A stretch of 64,000 nucleotides of DNA, taken from NCBI GenBank assembly GCA_964016885.1, contig OZ024747.1, forward strand, positions 7,874,001 to 7,938,000, in the 5' to 3' direction. This stretch comes from Eledone cirrhosa. Lineage: Eukaryota. The notes under the pieces are model-generated. The model saw only the letters and a program-made list of their open reading frames with translations. It made no database searches and was not told the DNA's origin. Each line of letters starts with the position of its first letter. Position 1 is the first letter of the stretch. Positions 27,566 to 41,874 of this stretch are shown here, in pieces. The position numbers were made by a program, and so were the translations under genes.

Positions 27566-27959
27566 AAAGCTGTAGAAAACCTGCCAGATAGTCCTATATG
27601 AGCGAGACACGGTCACCCGACCAATCTTGCCTCAAGTGGGACAATTCCCGTCTAACCCATGCTAGCGTGGAAGATACATTAAACGATGATGATGATGATA
27701 TTGGTGATCTCTTTCCATGTTGACATGTTTCTTTTGTACATATATAAGTATGTGGATGTTGTGGGCTGAAGATATGTAGGAGGGTGGACTGTCAGCATAT
27801 GCTAATATGCTACTGCGTCATCTAATGTTCATAAATATATCACTAGTTACCATTCCTTTAACTAGTCATTATTGGACATATAGATGGTAACCTGCAGATG
27901 GGTGCTGGGGTCTAGGAAGAAACACGGAGACACAGAACTAAGCAACAATCAGTACAATG

Positions 27960-27996
<37 letters not shown>

Positions 27997-27997
<1 letters not shown>

Positions 27998-28194
27998 CAA
28001 AGTAGGTGTGGTAAGGAATCAGATGGACCATAACGCACCAGAGTACTCAATACTTAGGGTAGTAGAGTGGGTAATAGGAAAATGTTTGACTCTGATGGCA
28101 GAGCTCAAGCCGTTTCAACGGCTATTTCTGGACTAGTCCAGAAATAGCCGTCAAAACGGCTTGAGCTCTGCCGTCGGGGTTAAACATTTTCCTA
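27997..28194. mobile_element. Family P1 element with terminal fold-back
   Basis: Between (TA)n tracts; palindrome about 28074-28194 centred on TCTGGACTAGTCCAGA. Confidence 0.75.
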
Positions 28195-28328
28195 TATATA
28201 TATATATATATATATATCAAATAAAGCAACGGAGTAAAGGACTCGCGTTGTTCCCAATAATATAATGAGCTCAAGGAAAATTTTCCGGGCTCTTCAAAAT
28301 ATATAGGAGAGAATATATGAAAAGAATA

Positions 28329-28389
<61 letters not shown>

Positions 28390-28489
28390 ATGTATAATAC
28401 GTTAAAAAACGTGTGAGTGGCAACAAAACATATCCGCTACTTTTCAGGTCCAGAGAAAGAACATAACACCCATGTCCTCCTCTTTCCAT

Positions 28490-28655
28490 CAGGTTCTAAA
28501 ATTCAAGGTTGCCACTAACAATGTTGGCACGATGAAAGACAAGTCAGGGGAGACTGTAAAGATGCTAGAATAGAGGCATGTAGATGTGTGCTGTGTGCAA
28601 GAGGTAAGATGGATAAGAGTCTCATTTAGATTCCTTACAGGCAAAGAACATGTAA
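28490..28655 (+). mobile_element. RTE LINE AP-endonuclease fragment
   Basis: KFKVATNNVGTMKDKSGETVKMLE*RHVDVCCVQEVRW. Confidence 0.7.
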
Positions 28656-28771
28656 ACAAATTAAGCTAGCCTTAGGCAATACAACAGCTACCATAATCTC
28701 TATACATTTTTTTGCTATCACTTAGTCATATAATTCTGCAGAAATGTTTCTCAAATAATAATAATGATAAT

Positions 28772-29180
28772 AATTGTTTCTACTTTAGGCACAAGGCCAG
28801 TAATTTGAAAGGATAATCAATTAAATCAACCCCAGTGTATTACTGGTACTTTATTTTATCGATCCTGTAAGGATGAAAGACAAAGTTAACCTCGGCAGGA
28901 TTTGAACTCAGAACGTAAAGGGCCATAACTCTATGCTACAAAGCATGGTGTCTGACGCTCTACCGATACTGCCAATCCACCGCCCTAACAATAATGATAA
29001 TAATAATTGTCTCTACTTTTGGCAGAAGGCCAGCAATTACCCAGTGCATTACTGGTACTTTATTTTATCCACCCCGTAAGGATGAAAGGCAAAGTTAACC
29101 GCGGCGGGATTTGAACTCAGTCCGTAAAGGGACGTAACTGTGGTGCAAAGCATGGCGTCCAACCCTCTACCAATCCATCA
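28772..29180 (-). mobile_element. Two tandem family A SINEs in (AAT)n
   Basis: Reverse-complement cores at 28772-28985 and 29005-29180. Confidence 0.85.
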
Positions 29181-29183
29181 CCC

Positions 29184-29217
<34 letters not shown>

Positions 29218-29654
29218 CAACAACAACAACAATGAAGAAATAGAGAAATTATCCAAATATGTATAAATGAGGACAGAAATCATTACAAGATGTTATGAGT
29301 TAAAATATCTGTTAATATTGTAAATGTTCACAATGATCTGTCCACTAGTAAATATACTACAAACATTTGAATTAACAAACCTGCTTTTAGATATTATCTG
29401 TCAACTGATTATAAAATGTTAAGAGTTAAATAAAAATAATAAATAACAAATTTCGCCCCAAATTTAATAAAATCAACATCTGATATTTCTCACAGTGTTG
29501 TATTGTGATCCTTATGGCCAGCTGTGGTTTATTTATGGATATTTTACATTTGATCAAATAAGTAGAAGACCTATATCTTCTTAACCCTTCTAGAACTATG
29601 GTTGAGTATCACTGGTCTATGGCATCTTCATCTCCTTGACTGTATCAATAATGG

Positions 29655-29850
29655 TTTCTGATTTAGACACAAGGCCAACAATGTGGAGGAGGAGGTGCAA
29701 AAAGGTGATTAAATTCGCCCCAGTGCATTACTGGAACTATATTTTATTGATCCCTAAAGGGTGAAAAGCAAAGCAACCCTCGGTAGGATTTGAACTCAGA
29801 ATGTAAAGGGTCATAACTGGAAGCAGGGTGTCTGACGCTCTACCGCTTTA
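29655..29850 (-). mobile_element. Family A SINE, diverged
   Basis: CCCAGTGCATTACTGGAACTA...GGATTTGAACTCAG. Confidence 0.7.
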
Positions 29851-30161
29851 CTGCTACTGTCAACCCATTGCCCTTATCTCATCAATAATAAGAACATTTA
29901 TTGTTTTAAAACAAATCTGACTGTTTACACAAGGGAAATAAACATAATAATCACATTGTGGGGTTAATAAATTACTTTCCTCTTGTATGGCAGCAGATAT
30001 GTCAGAGAGTGGATGACTTCTTATCTTCTATTGGAAATATAAATGAGGTAAAACAGAAATGGCTGCAACAATGGAATAAAACTGGGTCATAAACTTAGCT
30101 TGCTAGGAGTTCACTCTTACTCTATAAAGCCATACTTCTTTTTTTAAATAACAGCAATACA

Positions 30162-30530
30162 TACCATGTTTCCTCTATTATAAGACAGATCTTATATTAA
30201 TTTTCTCTAAAAAAAAAAGGCTCTAGGGCTTATTTTCCGGGAAGGGCTTATATTTTTACACAAAAAATAACAGCACAAGAGTTTTGATAAAAGTAGTATC
30301 GTTATACTGATGTAAAAAATAAATAAAAGATATATATCATAGAGTTAAAACAATATCATTAAAATAATTTATTATATTAGTAATCAGCAATTCTATATAT
30401 CTGTGTTTTATATTATTTTTTATATTAATTTTTCTTGCAAAAATGTACGAGGGCTTATTTTGGGAATGGGACTTATATTGGACAGCAATATAAAAACCAT
30501 GCTAGGGCTTATAATAAGGGAAACATGGTA
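30162..30530. mobile_element. pogo/Tigger-like MITE
   Basis: TACCATGTTTCCTCTATTATAAG ... CTTATAATAAGGGAAACATGGTA inverted termini with TA ends. Confidence 0.75.
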
Positions 30531-31260
30531 GAATTGGTAGTTAAGTGGAGCCTGATGTATTGCAGATCCTAGCAGTAAAATATTTTCTGCATGCTGAAAA
30601 GTGAAAGTACAATTTGTTGATGAGTGAAGACTGAAGATTGCCAGAAAGGATAGTTTTGTCAATCAATTTGATTGCTATTTTTTTTTTTTTATCAGAGCAT
30701 AGTGTGCTTGTTGCCAGATGTCAGACATATGCATTAGATATAGAAGTAATTTTAGCTCTATTGAGCTGAGAGAAAATGCTCAATGTTAAAATATTCCCTA
30801 GTTCTGTAAAGGAATCATTCCTTTCATATTTTTCCCCTTTCAGAGTGCTGGTTAAGTTGGGGGTTATTCTGAGGTCACAATATTTCCAATTAGTAAATGT
30901 GATGATCCTAGATATAGTCAGCCCCAGCATCACAGAATGCTAAATAATATAGCTTCTTATAAAATATATCCTCATTTCTAAAAAGAAAATTTGAAAGCAG
31001 AACTTCTCTCTCTCTTTATATATATATATATATATAATCTCACACCATATCTATATAATATATATATATAATCTCACACCATATCTATATAATATATATA
31101 TGTATCACACACATATCTATATAATATATATTTATATCACTCACATATCTATATTATATATATATCACATATCTATATCTATATATATCTATATATATAT
31201 CTAAAGGAAACAAAAATATGAAAAAGTGAATGAAGAAAAAAACTGAACTAATTTACTTAC

Positions 31261-31529
31261 AATTTATCATGTAGATTGATCAATTGCCTAGTGACAAGCT
31301 GTATGTAACTAATCTACCAACATCAATCCACGTTTACACAGGGGAATAGAGTGTAGGAGTTTAACACAGTAAAGGAAATAGTTCCATTGAAATCATTTTT
31401 GGCAATAATCTTGCTTTATCTACATTTTTTTAATATTATTATAAATTTTTTTCAGCTAAAATCTTTTCGAGAGACATGTCTGTCAGGTATTTCTTGTATT
31501 CCCTTAATTTTTTATTTTACTGTAAACAC
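31261..31529 (-). other. Candidate non-coding exon
   Basis: Acceptor TTTCTCACTTTTGCAG|G and donor ATT|GTAAGT; non-repetitive interior, no ORF. Confidence 0.5.
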
Positions 31530-32769
31530 CTGCAAAAGTGAGAAATGGCGTTGATTATACAAGATTTTTTCGTTGTCATGAAGGTTCATTCAGTAATATG
31601 AATAGCAAGATAGAAAATATATTAGACACCTTTGTATAACAGATGTATGCTATATCATATTAGTAAAATAAATTAGATTCAAATGTATCTGTATTTATGT
31701 ATGGGTGAGGTTGTATAAAGAAAAATTATATATATCCAGTATCATGCCTTTGATACTGTGTCAACTAAGATTCTTGTTGAAAGGTGTAAAAAGAGCTTTT
31801 CTTTTGATAGAATGAATTTAGTGCACTACAGAGTATATAGTACTGATTTATTTGGTAGCCACAACTCAACAGAAACCAGATATCAAGGATGATTGTGGCC
31901 TGATGAAGTTTGTCATGTTATATATTGTGAGTGGGTTTTAATTCAATTTTATTGGCTAATTTTATGTCTGGTTAGGCTTCTGCCTGCTACTGGTACCATG
32001 TAACCCAGTACAACTTCATGGTTGAGTGATTGGCGACTAAACCGGCTCCTCCACCACCACCAGACCCTGGTCTGGCGAGGAAGGGAAGTGGAACCCCAGC
32101 AGCACAAAAAACAAGAGCTGTTAAAAGGGCAGATGAACTCCTCAGAGTTAACGGTTATCCACCCCAACTATGGGATAAATAGCCTCACCAACCCACAATT
32201 AACCAAGTGTGGTGAGTACGATTACACCCCTGATATGATCAAAATCAAACAGATGGTGGTAGAGGTCAACCGGGGAAGGGTTGTTGGATAGGACTGTGTA
32301 AGGAAACATTATATATATTGTATAACACCAGGTCAACTCAGATTAAGCAGATTTATGGCCTATCATCAAATGTATTCCAGCAGTAAACATATCGTTTTTT
32401 TCCATGTTCAGAACACCTATGACCAGGACCTAGAAGAAGGGGTTTCAGTGAGTACAGTGGTTCTGGGCCCTCAGAGAGCCAAGCATAGACCAATAAATAT
32501 CTGAAATCCCATTCCTCAAAAGAAACCACACAACACTCTTGAATTTTGAGATGAGCTTGGCCACTTCAAAAGTAATTTTATTCGGCCTTGAAACATTTCT
32601 CTTGGAGGCCCTACCCAGGCTCACATTGCTTTTCATGATAGATTTGAGGGAGATTAGACTACTATTTTTGGTAGGTCAAGCAACTATGTAGAGATTCCTT
32701 CACTGGTTCAACAAAGTGCCAGGTTATTTCAATTCTGAAAGCAGCAACAACACAATAGGGAGATTCAAC

Positions 32770-33590
32770 CATTTTGTTACCATATTTCTAAAGAAAGACA
32801 CTACCAGTGATATTTAAATAATTTGTAAAATAATCAAGAATTTGGAGTGATTTAGTAATATAACTAACTTTCTTATTATGAAGCTGGTATTTAGAACATA
32901 ACAGAACTTAGATAAAATTATTATTGAAGTTTTCTTTAGATAAATATAAATATCTTAACCTATTTGTTACCATATTTCTATTGAAAGACACTGCTTGACA
33001 TGTGATTTTTAAATAATTTGGAAATATTCAAGAATTTGGAAGAATTTAGTAATAAAACTGACTTTATTTTTAAGAAGCTAAGGGCGGTGGATTGGCAGTA
33101 TGGGTAGAGCGTAGGACACCATGCTTTGCAGCATAGAGTTATGTCCCGAGTTCAAATCCCACCGAGGTTAGCTTTGCCTTTCATCCTTACAATGCCAATA
33201 AATAAAGTACCAGTAATGCACTGGGGTTGATTTCATCGACTTTCCCCTACCCCTGTGCCTAAATCAGGAGCCATTATTAAGAAGCCAGTGAGCATAACTT
33301 AAAGAAAGATTCTTACATAAAATTATGATGGAAGGTTTTTAGATAAATATAAACACTTTTCCTACCATATTCCTACACTGCTTGTGATTTTAAAATAAGG
33401 TCTAAATCAACAATTTCGAGAAATTTAGTATAATATAACTGACTTTCTTACTATTAAGCAGGTGCATGGAACATAAATTAATACCGGTTCTTACATAAAA
33501 TTGTGATGGAATGTCTTTAGATAAAACAAGCAGCAGTTTAGTATTGTAAAACGGGGACAGTTTCTGTTAGTTTGATATCAAAAGGGTTAA
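32770..33590 (-). mobile_element. Tandem copies of an AT-rich MITE-like repeat (piggyBac-like end AAAGGGTTAA) with a family A SINE at 33081-33280
   Basis: Repeated GTTACCATATTTCTA...TTTAGATAAATATAAA; same family at 48450-49260, 50970-51175, 51630-51990, 60500-60665. Confidence 0.65.
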
Positions 33591-33869
33591 GGAAGATTGA
33601 CCGCTATTTTCAGAATGGCAACCGACCACCATACACAGTCTCTCTCTTTCAATGTCTCTCAGTATTATTGGTGAATAGCATGTGTGGATATCATATTAGA
33701 GCCGTGTAAAAATATAGCTTATGATATCTTCCCCATCTCTCTCTCTCTCTTCTTCTCACATCTTCTCTGTTTATGTGTTACATGTGTAGATCAATGCCAA
33801 TGGAAAGATGAACTGAGCATTAAACCAATCAGGAAAGAGATATGAAGGGCTATTCACTTCCATACTTAT

Positions 33870-34200
33870 GTGTTGCTGTTGTTGTTGTTGCTGTTATTGT
33901 TGTTGTTGAGGTTGATGTTGTTGTTGTTGATGTTGTTACTGTTGTTGTTGTTGTTGTTGCTGTTATTGATGTTGTTGTTGTTGTTGTTGCTGTTGTTGTT
34001 GTTGTTGCTGATGTTGTTGTTGTTATTGATGTTGTTGTTGTTGTTACTGTTGTTGCTGATGTTGATGTTGTTGTTATTGTTGTTGTTGAGGTTGATGTTG
34101 CTGTTGTTGCTGATGTTGTTGTTATTGTTGTTGCTGATGTTGTTGTTATTGTTGTTGCTGCTGTTGTTGCTGATGCTGTTGTTGTTGTTGTTGTTGTTAC

Positions 34201-34238
<38 letters not shown>

Positions 34239-34290
34239 ATGTTGCTGTTGTTGTTGTTGTTGCTGTTGTTGTTGTTGTTGTTGTTGTTGT
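33870..34290. repeat. Degenerate (GTT)n microsatellite
   Basis: About 140 GTT/GCT/GAT triplets. Confidence 0.95.
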
Positions 34291-34386
34291 TTTCTTTTGC
34301 TTGTTTTTTCTTTCATTTTATTATTATTTTTTAATTTATGTTTTGCTTCTGTTTTTTAATAATTACTGTTTTATGTACATACACAC

Positions 34387-34471
<85 letters not shown>

Positions 34472-34477
34472 CATACA

Positions 34478-34577
<100 letters not shown>

Positions 34578-34655
34578 CATGCATATATATACACACACAC
34601 ATATATATATACATGTATATATATATATATACACACACACACATATATATATATT

Positions 34656-34724
<69 letters not shown>

Positions 34725-34725
34725 T

Positions 34726-34760
<35 letters not shown>

Positions 34761-35342
34761 GTATATATATATATATATATATATACACATACATATATAT
34801 AAAACAGCTTAAGTGAAAATACCTATGTTTTAATGTTCACAACTGAACACGTTTGTACTTATCTTTGATCATGTGTGTACACACACGCACACATACACCT
34901 CACACACACATATATACACACACACATACTCCATACCCAGACTTCCCCCCCCCCACACACCACACACACATATCCTCAATGCTCAGACATTTACCCCACA
35001 TACATATACACACATACACATACACATACACATACACACGTATACATACACATACACATACGCACGTACACATACACATACACACGTATACATACGTTTG
35101 CAAAGATTAGAATGCCACATGATAAAGCTTTTGACAAAATTAATCATGGAAAATATCCGTTATTGATTGCAGCTAAGATATATATATATATATGTGTGTG
35201 TGTGTATATATGTGTGTGCATGTATGTGTGTGTATGTGTGTGTATATATATATATATATATACATATGTGTGTGTGAGCGCTTATGTATTATATATATAT
35301 ATATACATACATGTCTGTGTGTGTGTATATATATTTATATAC

Positions 35343-35387
<45 letters not shown>

Positions 35388-36032
35388 TTGTATATATATT
35401 TATATATATATATACATATCATATATGTCTGTGTGCGTATGTGTGTATATATTTATATATATATATATATATATACACACGCACACACAGACATATATAT
35501 ATATATATATATATACATATATGTCTGTGTGTGTGTATATATTTATGCGTGTGTGTGTGTGTGTTATAGCAGTAAAGCTGTGTATTCCGTATTCCATATT
35601 CTGTATTCGGTATTCCGCAGGGGGAAGCAACCCAGCTGTGGCTGTCAACACAATTTTGTCAGATAAATCTCCAATATTTAGGAATGCAAGCTCCAAGGCA
35701 CTCTTCTAAGAACATTCACTGACTACTTTTTATTTTTTTTATTGCTTTTTTCTTTCTATTTATCTATTTTTTTATTTTTTACTTGTTGTTCCTGATTTTC
35801 CTGATTCCCCATCACAGACTGGTTTATGGTTGAAAGTCAGTTCAATGATATTTACTAATCAAATTGATGACACTCAAGTGTCACTGGCCTGGCAGAATTG
35901 CCAAAATTGCTGCAGAAGAAGTAGAAGAAAGAAAGAAAAGAAAAGAAAAGAAAAGAAAAGAAAAGAAAAGAAAAGAAAAGAAAAGAAAATAAAAGTAAAA
36001 TAAAAAAAATAAAAGACAAAAAAAAACACACA

Positions 36033-36066
<34 letters not shown>

Positions 36067-36237
36067 TTCACACTCAAACATGCCTACACTCACACACAGA
36101 GAAAATTTCCAACGTGATGTAGGGAAAAAGTTTTATTGGAAGGTAGACATGAGTAACATGATTTTCCATTTGGAAAAATTCCAGGTTTCTACAACTATAT
36201 TGGTCGGAATTGACGAGTTAGTTCCAAGCCTAAATGT

Positions 36238-36293
<56 letters not shown>

Positions 36294-36406
36294 GATATAG
36301 ATTGAGAGAGATGGAGTGAGAGAAAGAGACAGTTGAAAAATAGTATTTCAACAGTTGTAAATATTCTTGTTTTGTCAATATATATGTTCACATCAACATG
36401 GTGTCT

Positions 36407-36480
<74 letters not shown>

Positions 36481-36483
<3 letters not shown>

Positions 36484-36541
36484 GATGATGATATGTAAAT
36501 ACATGTATATATGCTGTATGTTCATATCAGTATAATGTCCC

Positions 36542-36590
<49 letters not shown>

Positions 36591-36660
36591 CATGATGATG
36601 ATGATGATGATATGTATATACATGTATATATGCTGTATGTTCATATCAGTATAATGTCCC

Positions 36661-36697
<37 letters not shown>

Positions 36698-36767
36698 CAT
36701 GATGATGATGATGATGATATGTATATACATGTATATATGCTGTATGTTCATATCAGTATAATGTCCC

Positions 36768-36775
<8 letters not shown>
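36481..36775. repeat. Three tandem copies of a unit with variable (GAT)n and (TA)n
   Basis: ...TATGCTGTATGTTCATATCAGTATAATGTCCCTATTA occurs three times. Confidence 0.85.
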
Positions 36776-36815
<40 letters not shown>

Positions 36816-37004
36816 GAGACGGATTAGACCAAACATCACGGGCCTCTATCTCAAAATTATGTTTGAAAAGCATTAGAAATGCGCAACCAGTAAAAACTTA
36901 AAACCAAAACTGAATACTAACCAATACTATTACTAATTTTTACTTATTCCTAATTAAACTATTTTTCACTGGGAACAATTTGTCAGCATTTTCTTTTCCT
37001 TTTA

Positions 37005-37044
<40 letters not shown>

Positions 37045-37045
<1 letters not shown>

Positions 37046-37205
37046 CGAATGAAAAGTGGTAAGGAACCAGGTGGACCATAATGCACCAAAGTACTCAATA
37101 CTTAGGGTAGTAGAGTGGGTAATAGGAGTTTCGACGGCTAATTCTGTACAGAATTAGCCGTCGAAACAGCTTGAGCTCAGCCGTCGGGGTCTTACTTACT
37201 CCTAT
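37045..37205. mobile_element. Family P1 element with fold-back
   Basis: TTTCGACGGCTAATTCTGTACAGAATTAGCCGTCGAAA perfect palindrome at about 37129-37166. Confidence 0.75.
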
Positions 37206-37485
37206 ATATATATATATATATGTATATATATGCAAAAGTTCTATTTAAAATTGTTGGGATACAACAAGTAAATATTTTTATAACTGATATAAAGCACTCG
37301 ACAAGTATTTGGAGTAGATATACGATATTAATAAATGGAAACTATATTTATAAAACCATATTTATTTCATTATACATATTTCAGGGATACCAAATTAAAT
37401 TATGGTATGCCGGATGGCTTCCAAAAACAATGGTTGCATTTTAAAAGGGTACGTCAAAGCTTATTTGTAAAACTGTTATATATTG

Positions 37486-37550
37486 TATTTTGTCTGATGA
37501 AGGCATACCATAATTTAATTTGGTATCACTGAAATATGTATAATGAAATA
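37486..37550 (+). ncRNA. Type I hammerhead motif within an inverted duplication (about 37320-37412 and 37502-37592)
   Basis: TATTTTGT-CTGATGA-AGGC-ATACCA..TGGTAT-CACT-GAAA-TATGTA-TA-ATGAAATA. Confidence 0.6.
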
Positions 37551-37812
37551 AATATGGTTTTATAAATATAGTTTCCATTTATTAATATCGTATATATATA
37601 TATATATATATATATGAAATGTAAATGGCCCAAAGCAAATGATGGTGATAATAGTTGATCACTATATATAATAGTTGAGAAAATCAGGTAAAATATCTCA
37701 GGTGATGGGTAAAAGTAGATCGATGTACTGGCAAGGAAACGAACCTTGCATCTCATACATCTATCTATCTATCTATTTATCTATTTATCTATCTATCTAT
37801 ATATATATATAT

Positions 37813-38289
37813 ATGTCCAGCTAACCTCAGTCTCCTCTGTGTCACTTTTGAGCCGACTTTTGGGATGCTCCCATACAGCTCTGAGTTTTTCATCCTCAGT
37901 GTATACTGATTAATGTTCAGAGCCATCCTCAGCATTCTCGTGTAGCACCCATCCACCATCTGAGTGAGTTTCCTGGTCAGTGTCCAAGTCTCAAACCCAT
38001 ACAGCAGCACAGACTCCACTACAGCAATGAAGAGGCGGATTTTCAGGTCTCTACGAAGGTCCGACTTCCACACCGATCTCAAGCTGACATCCAGAGTTGA
38101 CATTGCACTCAGTGCTCCTTTGGGAGCCCCTACATGGACACACTAGAAGAGGAAGACCAAGGTTAACGTATGTTGATGCCCTAAGGACAGACACTGGTCT
38201 GTTGGAGATACAGGACATGGCAGCGATAATGAGGGACAGAGACCGCTGGAGAGAACTCGTCCATGGATCTCGGGAATTTTACCCGCCTT

Positions 38290-38291
<2 letters not shown>
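37813..38291. mobile_element. RTE-like LINE 3' fragment with 5' inversion
   Basis: Minus strand 37813-38095 reads VESVLLYGFETWTLT...RRLRLAGH; plus strand 38103-38291 continues LLWEPLHGHTRRGRPRLTYVD...RDRWR; flanked by (TA)n. Confidence 0.85.
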
Positions 38292-38343
<52 letters not shown>

Positions 38344-38360
38344 GTAAGTGGTTGATGGCT

Positions 38361-38417
38361 GAGTTCTTGTCTGATGAGCCTGTGATAAACAGGCGAAACT
38401 CCAGAATAAGAAGACTC
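38361..38417 (+). ncRNA. Type I hammerhead motif
   Basis: CTTGT-CTGATGA-GCCTG-TGATAAA-CAGGC-GAAA-CTCCAGAA-TA-AGAAG; homologous to the minus-strand copy at 48168-48218. Confidence 0.75.
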
Positions 38418-38824
38418 ACTACTTAACCTTAATAAAATGAACATATATATATATATATATGTGTGTGTGTATGTCCACATCAATATGTGTATACCCCCCC
38501 CCCCACACACACACACACATATATTGTTGAGTTCATGGATAGTTTTAGTATGTTGTATATTTATTAGTGTTGAAGATTTAGTCACTTCTACGTTGAGAAG
38601 ACATTGTTGTCAGACAGATGTTTCTATTATATTACTTGATGCTTCATTAGACAGAATTATACATGAGTTAGTTTGGGTGAAATAATATTTCAATAACTTT
38701 TATTTAGACGTTTTAATTTGTATATTATAATGTTATACTCTTTCAGTTAATGTCGACAATTTTATGTTGCTTGGATTGTAATAGTTTTCTGATTTTGGTT
38801 TTGTTTAATCTCATTATTCCACAT

Positions 38825-38980
38825 GGTGGCGAATTGACAGAGTCATTAGAATGGCAGATGGAATCATTCGGACTCTCTACTCTCTGAGTTCAAAACCCTC
38901 CAAGGTCAACTTTGCCTTTCATCCATTCAAGGTTGATAAAAAAGTACCAGTCAAGTATTGGGGAGGGGGGGGGGGTCGAT
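38825..38980 (+). mobile_element. Family A SINE, diverged
   Basis: CTGAGTTCAAA...CTTTGCCTTTCATCC...AAAGTACCAG. Confidence 0.7.
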
Positions 38981-39324
38981 TTTTCTTCTATATCTCTTTC
39001 TCACTTCCATTCTCTCAGTCTCTCTCTATCCTTCTCTGGAGGAATTCTGCTATGTTTGGACCTGGAGAGGATTGGGCTCCACCAGGTTTTTAAAAATGCA
39101 CAAGAAATGCAGGAGTTACAGGACCATGCATGTATGCATACATTATTCCACATTATCTGGGTTTGTTGTAATCTAGTTTGTGGTTTGAAATCATGTTTAT
39201 AGTTAATATGTAGTTTTTTTCTTTGGTGGTGTCAAGGTGGAAGGTGGTTTCACATTGTTTCGTGAGTTTATATTTGGTTTTAATTGATCATTTAATTGCT
39301 GAGCCTGTAGCTTCCCATTGTTGC

Positions 39325-39546
39325 CTTTAATATTTACATTACTCTATATTTACTATTATATTTTCACGATAAAGGCTTTACCTCGCATAATTACGTATCT
39401 CATAATATGGAATCTATGAGATTTTGATATCATTTATTTTGAAAACAATACCTTAACATCAGTATGAGTGGCCAGTTACAGCTGATTTGAATAGAAAGAG
39501 GTGAGAGAATTCTGGCCGGGTATGACCAGATTAAATGCTAAAGGTT
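39325..39546. mobile_element. piggyBac-like MITE
   Basis: Matches 24575-24789. Confidence 0.75.
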
Positions 39547-40011
39547 TAAGTTTATTGGTTCATTAAGTGGGATTAGTTTTAGATTAGGTTAATTGGTGAT
39601 TTCAGGTTTTAGTTTGATCAGTTTAGGATTTAGTTATTAAGCTTGTGGTTTATTTCAGTGGATCAGTTTAGGTAGGGGTATATGGTTAGGGTATATTTCT
39701 GGTGGTTATACTGATTATGCGTAGGTACCATGCTAATAATACAATGGGGTAGTAGTCGCTGCAGATTATTATAGAAACTATGTAATATTATGGCTGCAGC
39801 CTGATGACTTCTGTTATTCCCACCATACCAGTAATTGGTGTAGGCTGGTTGTTATTTTGCCAGGAGGAAAATGGACGTTAAATGATGATGATGATGATAA
39901 TGATTGGAGCATGGTTTTGAAGGATATGTGTGATTTTTACTTCTTTTTGTATGGTATAGGTCTGGTGAGTGGGATTAAATGTAGATTCATATTAATGTGG
40001 TGTGTCTATAG

Positions 40012-40104
<93 letters not shown>

Positions 40105-40194
40105 TTATTTTTAGGAAGTAATATGACGTTGAGTGCTAGAATTGAATTGCATCCTTGTATACCGAATGTATATGTGTATATATATATATATATA

Positions 40195-40208
40195 TTTATG
40201 TATATATC

Positions 40209-40248
<40 letters not shown>

Positions 40249-40686
40249 TTATGTATATATCTAACATACACACACACACATATATATATATTCATGTATA
40301 TATCTAACACACACACATATATATTTATGTATATATCTAACATACACACACACACATATATATATATTCATGTATATATCTAACACACACACATATATAT
40401 TTATGTATATATCTAACATACACACACACACACATATATATATTCATGTATATATCTAACACACACATATATATATTTATGTATATATCTAACATACACA
40501 CACACACACATATATATATTCATGTATATATCTAACACACACATATATATATTTATGTATATATCTAACACACACACACACACACACATATATATATTCA
40601 TGTATATATCTAACATACACACACACATATATATATATTCATGTATATATCTAACATACACATATATATATTTATGTATATATCTA

Positions 40687-40730
<44 letters not shown>

Positions 40731-40790
40731 TCATGTATATATCTAACACACACACATATATATCTATGTATATATCTAACATACACACAC
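40195..40790. repeat. Compound minisatellite ATGTATATATCTAACA(CA)n(TA)n
   Basis: About 15 tandem units of variable length. Confidence 0.9.
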
Positions 40791-41261
40791 ACATATATAT
40801 ATACACATATATATGTTTATGTCAATGTAGTGTGTTTACACAATATGATATATCTTCAATTTCAGTTTGGAACTAAAATATGACAAATCATATTTAGGAG
40901 GGAAATTCTTCCATTCTTAAATAAGATTTCTTTACCTTGAATTGCATTACAAAAAAATTCAAGGCTCCTAAATGAATTATGTACAAATTTATTTACTGAA
41001 GATGGAGATATGAAATGGAAATTGTTGAAGAAATAAAATATGAGGTATGGTGGATGGTGGTGGTGGTGGTGGATGGTGGTGGTGTGGTGTGGGGGGAGTA
41101 ATGGGGATGGTGGTGGTGTGGGGTGAGTAATGGCGATGGTGGTGGTGTGGGGTGAGTAATGGCGATGGTGGTGGCGGGGAGAAGATAAAGTTTATGGCTT
41201 GAGGTATACATCAGCATGTGTATGTGTATATGTGTGAGTATACATATGTATCTCTCTCTCA

Positions 41262-41303
<42 letters not shown>

Positions 41304-41382
41304 ATATATATATATACATAAAAATATATATGCATTTATATTTATATATACAAGTATATATATGTGTATATATATATATATA

Positions 41383-41608
41383 TGCCCCACACCCTCCCAC
41401 TGTAAAGTGGACGTGGAGGCGCCACAGCAAAAAAGCACCCAGCACTCACTGTAAATGAGGTTGGTGTTAGGAAGGGCATCGAGCTGTAGAAATCAAGCCA
41501 GAATCAGTTCCTGTATGAGCAAGACAAGGTCAGCCGACTGGACACTGCTCACAACAGGACAACCAGTCTAACCCATGCTAGCGTGGAAGAATGGACATAA
41601 AACGGTGG

Positions 41609-41638
<30 letters not shown>
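41383..41638 (+). mobile_element. RTE LINE or SINE 3' tail
   Basis: Matches 55497-55780. Confidence 0.8.
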
Positions 41639-41639
<1 letters not shown>

Positions 41640-41765
41640 ATATATATGTATCATCATCATCATCCCTGTTTAACATCTATTTTTCTATGCTTGCATGGGT
41701 TAGATGGGTTGACCATGTTATGATACAAGTCTGGCCAGCTGGTTGTGCTGTACCTTGCTCAAAAG

Positions 41766-41811
<46 letters not shown>

Positions 41812-41874
41812 GTCCCAAGGCTCTGATACCATCAACACTATAAACACAGAGCTGGCATATCTAAGAACTGACTA

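Noticed and set aside
26889-27616. 212 and 222 aa repetitive ORFs
   Set aside because: Open only because the 48-bp unit is a multiple of three; derived from an RTE tail
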